A stretch of 63,852 bases of DNA, the filler included, from Reticulomyxa filosa (taxonomy: Eukaryota; Protista; Foraminifera), in the NCBI GenBank assembly GCA_000512085.1. It is 18 parts of 18 records of this genome, joined end to end, with 100 filler letters (N's around TTAATTAATTAA, not from the genome) between each part and the next. Parts side by side here need not be neighbours in the genome. Positions count along the whole stretch, not along the records: positions 49,878 to 57,738 come from ASPP01003273.1; positions 57,839 to 58,976 come from ASPP01043574.1; positions 59,077 to 62,614 come from ASPP01003642.1; positions 62,715 to 63,852 come from ASPP01045858.1; 14 more parts are not named here. The stretch is one strand, 5' to 3'. The position numbers were made by a program, and so were the translations under genes. Below, piece after piece: positions 53,262 through 63,852 of the stretch; position 1 is the stretch's first letter; every line of letters begins with the position of its first letter. The notes beneath the pieces were generated by a model. The model was not told where the DNA came from, made no database searches, and saw nothing but the letters and a program-made list of their open reading frames with translations.

Positions 53262-53624
53262 TCAGATAAAGTTATTTGTTGAGAATGTTCGTTCATCCTT
53301 ACGACTCAATTATTTTAAAAAAGACATCCCAAAACAAATTTTGATTTTCAGGTTTTTGTCTGTTGTACAAAACCAAAACAGAGACCTTTCTGTGTCAGTA
53401 GCTGGTCATTCATTACAAAAATTGTTTCATTGCCCAAACAAACAAAAAAAAATGTCGCGATAGTTGATGAAATAAGATCCAATTGAACAAAAAAAATGAT
53501 TGTTTCTTCTTAAAGAATTTTTTTTCAGAAAAACGATCTTTAAGGTTAAATAAGTTATTAAAATTTTTAAAAAAGAAAAGCACGCTCTCCCCTCTCGCAA
53601 ACCACTTAGAAAAACATTTTACAA

Positions 53625-56600
53625 TCAAATCCGAATAATGTCGACCCTGGTGTGATTGAATATATCCGAGTTATGTTTTTTGTCTTCGCCAGAAGATGGC
53701 GTATGAACAGTAAGTACTGCATAAGTCCCTCCAGTGTTACTCTTTGTAAGCATACACGGATTGATGCACAAAACATTTTCGTCAATTACTTCAACAAAAT
53801 GCTGTGTCACGGATGGTAAAATCAAGATATCTGGAGTAAAGGCCATATTCAAATGAGAATGGAAGCTAACATCTTTTCGAATGGATGGATGGCAAGGTTC
53901 CAAAGGATAAAAGCTGACCAGAGACAAGAGACAAGAGATATAAAGCTAAAGTATGTAAAAGAGAAAAAACTCCAATTGACCCCACACAAATAAGTAAACT
54001 AACTTCTGTTGATGAATACAATGCGACGCGACAGTTTGGCATCTTTTCTTTTTTTCCGCGCCAACTCTGTAGTTTGTCCATTACAAAATCTTGCAAGTGA
54101 CAATATGCAAATAGTGTAAAGAAGTAGTTATAGGATCAACTTTTTGGTGGTCCCAGCGCCAAGACAATGCAAAAGAAAATCCGCAGAATTGACGCCGAAT
54201 CCGATGTTGTTGATGTGAAACTGGCAAGGATTGCTAAAGCAGTGCACGAGCGAAGATAAGCTTGGTTCTTCGATTGTATAAGGGGGTTGTGGATACGCGC
54301 AAATGTGATGAACATCTTGTGGAGAAGGAATTAAAATAATTTCTACCAACACATTGCTCGAACGCAAAAGGGTTGTAAACGCACTCAATAAGCCCTCAAA
54401 TTGTTCTTGCAATGTTGTCCCCAGGGTATTTCGTTTGATACATTCATTGGATCTGTCCATGAAGGGTCCAGTCTATTTTCCATTGTTTTGAGTTGAATTA
54501 ATTTATATAAAAGAGAGAAGAGAAATCATTGTTTCAATTGAATGTAGTAACCAGAATGAGAACGTGAGGTCTACGTTCGATGACGACTTTGGCCAAGTCT
54601 TGAAAGGGCGAGTTATCGAAATCAAGCGAGGTCAAAGGAGTGAATGGCCCACACGCGACAATGATTTGCAAAGGATCATTTTGAAAGCATTGCAAGGCAT
54701 TCCAGCGAAAGGGATCACCATTCAAATGCTTGGGCAGCACGCCATTGGAAAAGACGGCCCTTGCCAAAATCTCACGTCCGTTGCTGTTGACCCCATACAC
54801 AACCACTTGTTGTCCCGGAAACAATGCATACTCTTTCAATTGCGACACGTTTACCGTGACCTTCTTCCCCAGCGATGTGTCCCAATCGCCTTCCAATCCA
54901 ATGCCATTCGCTTGTAACTTTTCATCGTCCGTCAAGCTAATGATTCTCCCCAAGAAATAGCTTGGTCTCTTCAAAAAAAAAAAAAAAAAAAGGTGAAAAT
55001 AAAATGTATTTGCTTCGCAATATCGAAACAACGTAAAATACCTGTGATGGCTCATCGACAGGCACATATTGAACAGGCAAAGCAAACTCCTCTATTTCTT
55101 CTCCATTGCTTTTCACCTTCACATCCATCTTTATATCCACTTTCATATCCATCTTCACGTCCATCTTCGTGTCCAGTTCTCCAGTTTGCAACAAAAGGGT
55201 TGGATCTGTCATTGGCGTGGGATCCGCCAAAGCGCATTCATTCTCGACCTTTGCACCGATGGCGACTTCTAAGGAATGCTCTTGTTCCAAATTGGGACAA
55301 GCGGACAACATCTCTTCGTCTTTGACTGTCAGGCTAAGAGACTCATCTTTGCAAAACTGCGTGACCCCTTTCCCTTTGACCGCGTCTTCGTTTGTCGGCA
55401 CTTGGCTTTGCGCATTGGTAGTGTCGCCCTTTGTTTTGGCTTTTTTCAATTGCTCGATTTCACTTTCGATTTTCGTTACCAAACTGCCGCCCATCGCGCC
55501 GAGGCTATCTCGCAATTCTATATTTCCAAAACAAGCCTTTTTTTTTTTAGCTAATTAAACGATCCAAGGACATTACCAAAAGTTCAACGTTCATATATGC
55601 ATATATGCATATATACATATATATGTATATATGTATATTTATATGTGTATAATAAGTCTACCTTGTGTTTTTGTAAACACATCCTCATACATAAATCGAT
55701 AGCCCTGTTCTTTGCTGTTTGCATTACTTGACACTTTCCAGGTGTCAATGTATTCCAACAACACATGCTTCACTTTCGTTTCATTGTCTTGCGTCTCTGA
55801 CGCTGTAAATAATCCTCCTGTCGCCGCGGGCAAGTGGTCGTTAAACACGTGCTCGGTCTTGCCCACGTTTTTACGTGCGGAGTAGACTTTGTTCAGAACC
55901 GATGAGGATGGCTTCACTGTCCTGTTCCATTTTTGTTCAACTTTTTTTTTTTTTTTTTTTGGAAAGGACCCTTTGGTGAATATTGTCACAAAAAAAAAAA
56001 AATTATGTAATAATGTAAAACCTAGGGGTCGTGGTAGCATCCAAAGTTAGCTTGGAAACAGAAGAGAGGAGATGTTGATTGTGTTTTTGTTTTTGTTTCT
56101 GTTGGGTCGCAGGGGCAGGGGTGGGCAGTTCGAGATTCCATATATCATAGTTGTTTATATTACTTTTGGATAAGGACGATCTTGTCTTTGATGACACTGG
56201 TGTGACATTTATTGAATTACTTGTTCCCAACAAACACAAAACGCCCCCAATTTTTTAAAATTTTTTTGTCTTTGTCTTCAAATTTATTGTTCTTTGTGTA
56301 TATGTAATCATAAATGTGGCTCATTTTTCTTTGTACCTGACTAGTGGTGTTCGTAGTCCTCGGTGTTCACTCGACTGGGTTAATGATGACTTGCCCGATT
56401 TTAACATCTTTTCAAACCTTGAAATATCCTCTTTTCTTATCTCACCCGATCCGCTGTTATAATGAAATGCTGTCAGTTCGTCTGCTAGGGCCTCGGCAGA
56501 ACATCCGAGAGATTGCAGTAAAGTGATCACTGTTTCATTTTGTTATTTGTTTTGTTGTTTGAGGGCTCATTTCTTTTCCGTTCTTTGCAAAAAGAGCACT

Positions 56601-56676
56601 ACTTACGAGTTGGAAATGCGTCTTTACTCACTGCAGTGCCTAATTCATCCAGAGCTTCCTGTAGACCTAGCTCCAT
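53625..56676 (-). CDS. POLA2: DNA polymerase alpha subunit B, multi-exon
   Basis: ATG at 56676 (MELGLQEALDEL|ITLLQSL). Motifs YRFMYED, GRII...LEG, LFPGQQV..G.N..G, IIVACGPFT, GPFMD, IPSPQDVHH..YPQPPY, NPCQF, SFYPL.P, PDILILPS, INP..LTK..GGTYA and RVDIIRI. Confidence 0.93.
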
Positions 56677-57699
56677 TTTATTTTGATATCTACAATACAC
56701 GCTTCGAAATATTTTATAAAATGTTTTTTTGGGCAAGACGTTTTTTCGTCTCTTGGTTCGACAAATATTTTCTCTCCATTAAATGCATTTTTTCTATCTG
56801 TTTCATCAATTACCACTAAGTTGAGTTATGGATTGCTCTACATTATATTGGACAGCTTTTTTCATATTCACACAGCGAAATACTGTTTTCCTTTGACAAA
56901 AGATCAATATTCTGTGAAAACAGACTTGCAAAGAACTTGATGCAAAGACTAGTAAATATATGTAAAGAACCAGGCTTCTTTAAGAACAATGATTAAACTA
57001 AGGAGTGATATTGTGCTGTGTTACTCTACCACCCAAGCGGCCCTTTAAAAAGTCGAGCAACCTGATGTTCAAAAAAACTAGCTGCTGTGACATAGTGTTT
57101 GGGTAAAAATTGTGATTGGATCGGATATATTTCTTGGAAAAGCAGATTTGAAAGAATAAGAGCAGAAGAAAGATGACGACCTCGGGTTGAGTGCAAAAAC
57201 TTGTTCTGACTTTTTTTTTTCCATCCAAAAACACAACTACAACAACAATGACAAAATGAACAATAGAGGAAAGGCCAGGTATTGATGGTTCTACTTTCAC
57301 ATACTTGTTTTTACATTGAGTATTGGACAAGAGAGACCAAAACAAAAAAATGACGGTAATGCTAACAACCTTCATAAGTGTTGACATTTTGAGGTCTTGA
57401 CACAAAAGAGTCGGAACAAAAGGAGCCAAAGATAAAAAAAAAAAAAAAAATGGAAGGCAAATTGTCTACTAATGAGCAATAGCAACAACAGCGACAATAA
57501 TAATAAAAAAATTAACTAAACACAGCACAAAAACGTCGTCGTACAATATCAAGTGACAATTCGCAAGCGAAGACAGAAAAGTCTCCCTCGTCAATGTCAT
57601 CGTTATCACGTCCTTTTGTGGGCATGATAGGTGAGTTTAATGAAGTGCAACACAAAGTAGCAAGAGAAACAACATTGAGGAGTGAGGTTTGTGGAGGAG

Positions 57700-57738
<39 letters not shown>

Positions 57739-58016
57739 NNNNNNNNNNNNNNNNNNNNNNNNNNNNNNNNNNNNNNNNNNNNTTAATTAATTAANNNNNN
57801 NNNNNNNNNNNNNNNNNNNNNNNNNNNNNNNNNNNNNNAGAGATTGGAGTATGGGTGGAGTTATTTATTACAAGTTGCCAGTGTTCTTCGAAGGCAATGC
57901 AATGGCATTATTTACAAACAATTGGAACACGACGAATATGAATGAGAGACCACATGATGATGTCAATGTCGTGTGGACGAACAAAAGGACAAATGGATTT
58001 GTATTTGTAGGTAGGA

Positions 58017-58976
58017 TGAATGCTCGTGGAGGGATGCAAATGCAAACAAACAAGACAAATAATGAAAGCAATGTCAGCAACCAGTATGAAAAAGAAATTG
58101 AACTATTGACTGTTTTTTTCAGTGACGTTACAAACGAACATGAATTACAGAGTAAATTGGGGGAATTCAATGGCGACATCTTGTCGGTAATAACATATCT
58201 TGCGTCAAAACGTCATTTGAATCAAGTTAAACTAATAACAAATTCAAATATTATCTTTTGTCATTCATTTTAAAAAAAAAAAACAAACAAACAATGAATG
58301 TGATGGATTTGATATTCTCGTAATACACATAACAAAATACACAAGGAAAATAACGAAGCGAAAGAAGACATAAAAGAGCAAAATAAATTGGAACAGGTTT
58401 CTTGCACACACAAACAAAACAAAGTCCTGTTTGATTTGTGTTTTAATTATATTGTAAAAAAAAAAAAGGTGAAAGAATGCGTAAACATGAATAAAATAGA
58501 AAGAGAAGAAGTATTGCAAAAAGCAGACACTTTTGGAGTGATTGTGTCTGAAGACAAAGATAATTTTAATGACCAATCGAAAGTACATCAGATCGAAACC
58601 CAACATTTGATTTTGGAAAATATAACAAAAGACCAAGTTTGAAAATTTTATTTTTTAATTTCTGCAACGTTCTATTTTTGTACTCACATTATTATAAAAA
58701 AAAAATAAAGAATAAAGACACTGAAGCAAATGAAGATAGAAAAGAAAATGAAGGAAAATTGAAAAATGTCAAAAATAAAGGATTTGGACCATGAATAAAC
58801 TTGCAAGGTTATTGCATAAATAAAGAGGGATGTATTGCATCGAAAGGTGATCGTTTAGTATGGGTGAATCAAGGATATGGATATATTTCAATTATTCCAG
58901 CTAAAACATGTTATATGTGTCCCAGTTGTGATAAATCGACTGTCGCATCTGTTAAACGTGTAAAATTTTTCAACTC
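58017..58976 (+). pseudogene. CUE/UBA-like N-terminus + Cys-rich (PGINLQGYC...C...CPxC) domain family member with in-frame stop; 3'-partial
   Basis: YEKEIELLTVFFSD..ELQSKLGEFNGDILSVITYL, then GP*INLQGYCINKEGCIASKG..VWVNQG...CPSCDK. Confidence 0.5.
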
Positions 58977-59735
58977 NNNNNNNNNNNNNNNNNNNNNNNN
59001 NNNNNNNNNNNNNNNNNNNNTTAATTAATTAANNNNNNNNNNNNNNNNNNNNNNNNNNNNNNNNNNNNNNNNNNNNTACTTCGAATGCCTTTTTTGTTAG
59101 TTTTTGTAATGAGTACAAAAACATTTTCATATAAAAACTAATTCTTTTTATAATTGATATTTTTACCTTTGTGAACAAAAAGAGTAACATATTACTTGGT
59201 TCATTGTTTGCTCACAATTGTTATTGTTTTTTCACAATAAAACTAATAGAATAGAATGTGAGAAATACAACTCCAATGTTAATAAGTTTTAAACTGTAAA
59301 TGAGATAAATTGTATTCTTTAAAAAAACTTGATAAAAATTGATTTGCTGTTTTTTGAGGAACAGGATATATTTAAATTTCAAAATTCAGTTTATTATGGG
59401 AAAATGTTGTTGCTGAAGTTAGGATTTATTGATATATTTATTTATTCTAATAGTTCATCAATGTAAACAATCATAAGTACCGTTGTGATCACTTTTTTTT
59501 TTAATAATATTTTATTCTTTACAAATTGGTTTGTTTTTAAAAAACAGATATTTGCAATAAGAATTTTATATACTAGAACAATACACGATGGAATTCTTTT
59601 TTGAAGTTATTTAAAGAGAATACACAAAGTGTTTGTTTGAGGAAACGATGTAAAACTTTTGAAGGTGAGAGATTAAATTTTTTAAAAAAGATTACCAAAT
59701 TCCAATAATAAAATTTAAAAATGAAATTAATTAAG

Positions 59736-60176
59736 CTATTGTGAAACTTTTTTGATTAATAGATAAATTCTTTTGTCCATTGTTAATTGTTTAAAGGAAT
59801 TTGGTGGGCCTTTCAAACACATTAATAAACCTCCAAATGAAGCATAAATTTCCACTACTTTTTTCTTTGGTTCAACTCGAAATATTTTTCCATACATAAC
59901 ATATTCATAGCTGTCAGCTTTACTTGGATCTCCACTTTGATCATATTCTGCACTTTGTGATACAACATCAACTGTTGTATCATCACTTAAACTTGTTCGT
60001 AATGAAAAATTAAATTTATTGTTTATTTCTAATCGATAAATTTCACAATTATAATCTAATCTCAATGTTACATCTTCTTGTTCCTCTGCTCGACATTCAA
60101 GCCGACTTACACGATCAAATCTTTTTCCTTCCTTGTCAACATCTATTACTTCAAAGGTATCTTCAAATAATGCCAT
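59736..60176 (-). CDS. RPB8: RNA polymerases I/II/III shared subunit RPABC3 (RPB8), intronless
   Basis: LFEDTFEV..VD.EGKRFDRVSR, LDYNCEIY, ADSYEYVMYGKIFR, YASFGGLLM.LKG and IYLLIKK. Confidence 0.97.
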   Translation of the reverse strand: MALFEDTFEVIDVDKEGKRFDRVSRLECRAEEQEDVTLRLDYNCEIYRLEINNKFNFSLRTSLSDDTTVDVVSQSAEYDQSGDPSKADSYEYVMYGKIFRVEPKKKVVEIYASFGGLLMCLKGPPNSFKQLTMDKRIYLLIKKVSQ

Positions 60177-60808
60177 GTCTGGGCCTGTTGTTCAGTAGGA
60201 CACATGCAAGAAGAGGTACTCATTATCAAACCAAAACAAGAGGAATATAAACATACTTTTTTTTTAGTTAGCGGAATTAAGGAGAGGACAAATTTATGGC
60301 AAATAACAACAAGAAATCCTTCTTCACAAAAAGTTTAATTCAGACCCCTTTCGCACCGTATATTTTGCTTTTTGAAGCCTAAAAACAACAAAAATTTATC
60401 TGTGTCATGAAAGTGAAATGCCAGGAAAAAAATCAATTGCACTGGATAAACGAAATTTAGGATATCCATTAGTGAAGTAAAAAATTAACGTTAGCATGGA
60501 ACAAAACCAATAGTATTATCTGTGTTGCCTTTTCTTTTTCCTCAGAATAAGATTGTTAATATGCACAATTGTCGCAAATATTTCAAAGAATGACTGTTTT
60601 TCAACTAGCAAATAAGATCTGAATATTGTTAACGAGAAGATAAAAAAACTCAAAAAGTGGGTCAAACAGGTCGAGCGTACGTTAGCCTCTCCTTTCGCAC
60701 GTTAACTTTCGTGGTAAGAGATCAAAGCATTTGTGCTCTCTTTTGTGCATGTTTTACCACATTTTGCAAAAGATTTTTACATATTTTACAAACGCGTAAA
60801 GAAAGCCA

Positions 60809-62614
60809 ATGGACGCAACTCTCTTATACGAGTCCTCACTAAAATATTCTCCTCGCCACAATCCAAGCCCGTCTTTGCATTCCTCTGAACACCACAACAG
60901 CCGAGACTCCTATGCATTTGGTTATGATAACATATTAGGGGGTGAAGATGTATTCGAAATCAAGACTTTGGGGAATGACGGCAATGCAAATCATTCCCAG
61001 TCCTATCAAGAGAGTCGGCAGGCCGCAAACATAGGGACAGCGTTGGGTCACAAAACGCCAATGTTGTGTAGCAGCGATGCATCCTCAAATAGCAACACCA
61101 ATAGTAACAATATGTTATTTGACTTAAGCGATAGCAATCATTGGTTGCCATTGTCCCCGTCTTTCTTACACTTAAGCAGTCCCAATTTGTTTGGAGAAAG
61201 CAACCCAAAATGGGGCACTGTGTACAATACAAGTCTAGCCAACATTGACGACAACATCATCACTCTCAGTCATCCCGACGATGACCACGACAGCAACAAC
61301 AACATCCAACACTTTTGTGACAATTTTTTTTTGCCAGCATTCAATCATTCTATGTGCTATTTTTCAAACTCGAACGAGTTTATTATTACAAACTTTTTGT
61401 AACCCCTTTCTTTTTTTTTTTTTGAAAATTATACGTATACAAAAATCAGAGTTTTTTTTTTTTTGAAAAGGGTGATGGAAGAAAAAAAAAAAGATGAATT
61501 TTTTTTGTAGATAATACAATTTGACAAGAAGGATTTTTTGTATGGTTGTATGTGTGTGTGTGGGCAATAAATTGTAATGTACAATAGAGGATTGATGGTA
61601 CATGATAACAACAATAGCAATACTACTACTACTAATAACAACCTGATAATCGGAAATTTGGAAAACGGGTATACATATGGGACGTCGTTTCAGCGACCCG
61701 ATGGCAGTACCAGTATAAATGGGAGTGATATGGAACTCGATGAATGGAGTGCCGTGTTTGATATCGATACGGAAATACCGTTCCATTTGAGCAACATATG
61801 CAACAATAGCAGTGTTGCCAGTATCACCACGGCGGGATTGACCGCGGACCAAAACGGTGAGAAATTTCTGATCACTTCGGTGATGAACGACTGCACGACT
61901 AACCATCACCCAACAGACTTGGAACGACACGACAAAGTAAAGGAAGAAAGCCCTTCAACGTTGCTTTTGCCAAGCTTGCAGTATCAAACCAATGCAAATG
62001 TGAATATTAATGCAAATGTAAACATTAATGCAGGTGCAAACACAAACGCAAATGCAAATGCAAATGCAAATGAAAGTGCAAATGTGGATGTGAAGGACGT
62101 GAACATGGCCAACTACAATGGAAGTGTCCCACAGACCATTGTTCCAAACAATGAAAAAGGTATTTCTCCTCTTCTCAATGTTCATTATTATTATTTGGAT
62201 TATTATTTTTTATTACAAAAAGGACACACATAAAAGATGAAAGAAGGGGGAGCTTTTTCTTTTGCTAGTTTTTTTTCTGGAAATTTCGGATTTATATCCT
62301 TTGGAAACCCAAGGCAACACACACACCTCATGTTTGTTGTCAAAAACTAAACCAAATAAAATAGTGGAAAGAAAGACATTGAATCCAAAGTTTTATCGGC
62401 TGATTAATAGCCTGAAAAGTGAATCGGAAGATAGCAAGAGTACAAACAGCAAAGGACGAATGAAAGAGCGAAGCGAAACGGAAGAGGGAGAAAGGACAAG
62501 GGAAAAAGTACGAGAGGATGGTACACCATCAGACCAAGCGATCACCGAAGGCGATCAAGATATGAATGAAAAGCAGACAGTGACAGAGACAACTACGGTG
62601 CAACCCAAAAAAAA
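60809..62614 (+). CDS. Low-complexity N/S-rich hypothetical protein, multi-exon, 3'-partial
   Basis: Three coding-like blocks (60809-~61350, ~61590-62160, ~62310-62614) are separated by poly-T/A intron-like gaps. There is a (NA/NV/NI)n dipeptide tract at about 61990-62085. Confidence 0.55.
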
Positions 62615-63149
62615 NNNNNNNNNNNNNNNNNNNNNNNNNNNNNNNNNNNNNNNNNNNNTTAATTAATTAANNNNNNNNNNNNNNNNNNNNNNNNNNNNNN
62701 NNNNNNNNNNNNNNCAAGATTATTAGTGGTTATGGATGATATTTATGGAAATAAAATACTAGTGACAATGCATTGCTATGTCTTTGCAATACTTTTACTC
62801 ATCCAGTCCAACTTATCAATTTACCTAATTGGTCAAACATCAGTCGCTGCTTTTTACATGAATTTGTAGTTATACAGTATGTGACTTCAGATGTTGACAC
62901 ACCAAAGATTCATGAAAATGTTCCAAAATATAATTGCTATGACTCTAGTGTTTGATTTGGTGGAAAATATTTGTATTTGATTGATGATTGTGATTGTTTT
63001 TTAACATAAAAAAATTGTTGTTATCATCATCAAGTAAAATTGGTAGGAAATGATTGGCTTCATTGACTCGAATGCATCTGAAAGAAGATTGAAGTTAAAA
63101 GGACATTGCTTATTTTTGTATTTCTTTCTAAACAATTTGAATTAATGTA

Positions 63150-63700
63150 TTGTTTTTACAAGGACTAGAATACGCTAAGTCCACAGTCAGTGCGAATGAT
63201 GGAGCCTCAAATGAAGAAAAAGAAAAAGGCACGCATAAAAATGTTGAAGCGAGTATTACCTTTCATGATGAGCAAATCCAACATCGAATGAACTCAAGAA
63301 AAAATGCAGAAGAAATAATTTTGCGAAAACATTGCAAGAACAGCATCATCAAACAATGCGGAGTGAATCAACAATCAAAAAGAGAAATCAAATCATTCGT
63401 TGGATATCAGAAGACTTTGAAAATATGAATATTGAATCATTAGCTCTAATAAATGTCAAAACAGAAACGAGCTTCAATCTTTTTTGAAGAAATATTGTCA
63501 ATGACAGAAATATTTGGCAATCTCCGCATTACAACAAAAGGTCATGGGCAAGCAACACTATTTTGACAATTGCACAAACTTTGTGAGATTTAATATGACT
63601 AAAGAATCTACAAATCATTACAAGAAAGTATTGCATTCCGGTATCTTTATATACATCAGGTGAAAAAAGCAATGTTCAATTATTTATATCAACTGTAAAT
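63150..63700 (+). pseudogene. Possible degenerate TPR-like gene
   Basis: Fragments YQKTLKI*, FFEEILSMTEIFG and ESTNHYKKVL resemble TPR helices. Many stops. Confidence 0.3.
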
Positions 63701-63852
63701 ATTGAACAATGCTTCACATCAATTGCTGGTTAATGTCAGCATTCGTTTTTTTCAAAGTGTTGGGATTTGATGTTAAGTACTCTTTATTTCTTTTTTTCTA
63801 TATGCCACGCCGATATCACATTGACTAATACAAAACAAAATAGCCGAAGAAA

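Noticed and set aside
6385-62670. Recurring palindromic TTAATTAATTAA as a CRISPR-like or biological repeat
   Set aside because: It is always centred in exactly 44+44 Ns, so it is an artificial six-frame-stop linker. ORF ends reading ...XXLIN are artefacts.
1-63852. An operon or defence island formed by NACHT, caspase, lysozyme and PARP
   Set aside because: The genes lie on separate concatenated contigs of an intron-containing eukaryote, so adjacency across linkers has no meaning.
1-63852. tRNA, rRNA or intact transposase/reverse-transcriptase genes
   Set aside because: None recognised by eye. tRNAscan-SE, Infernal and RepeatMasker runs would be needed to exclude them.

Overview
This is not a contiguous locus. 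It is 18 short AT-rich eukaryotic contigs joined by an identical artificial 100-nt linker (44 N + TTAATTAATTAA + 44 N; 17 copies). The genes have short GT-AG spliceosomal introns. The expanded WD40 (...CSGSxDxTIRxWD), Kelch and PPR families look like the foraminiferan/rhizarian Reticulomyxa filosa, which is recognition from memory and not a search. Housekeeping genes present: GCAT/kbl, a cystinosin-like transporter, PC4/Sub1, an inositol 5-phosphatase, DNA pol alpha B subunit and RPB8. Much of the apparently non-coding DNA is decayed copies of expanded families. The most interesting signals are: (1) a decayed gene joining a RelA/SpoT-like nucleotidyltransferase domain to a NACHT-type P-loop, i.e. 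an NLR-like architecture; (2) a symmetric phase-0 exon of about 100 nt encoding a conserved ~34-aa module, found four times, upstream of three WD40 propellers and downstream of a Kelch propeller; (3) an intronless, Cys-poor i-type/destabilase-like lysozyme; (4) relics of a myristoylated caspase-like protease, a PARP-like domain and a RING/TRAF-WD40 protein. Gene neighbourhood across linkers is meaningless.
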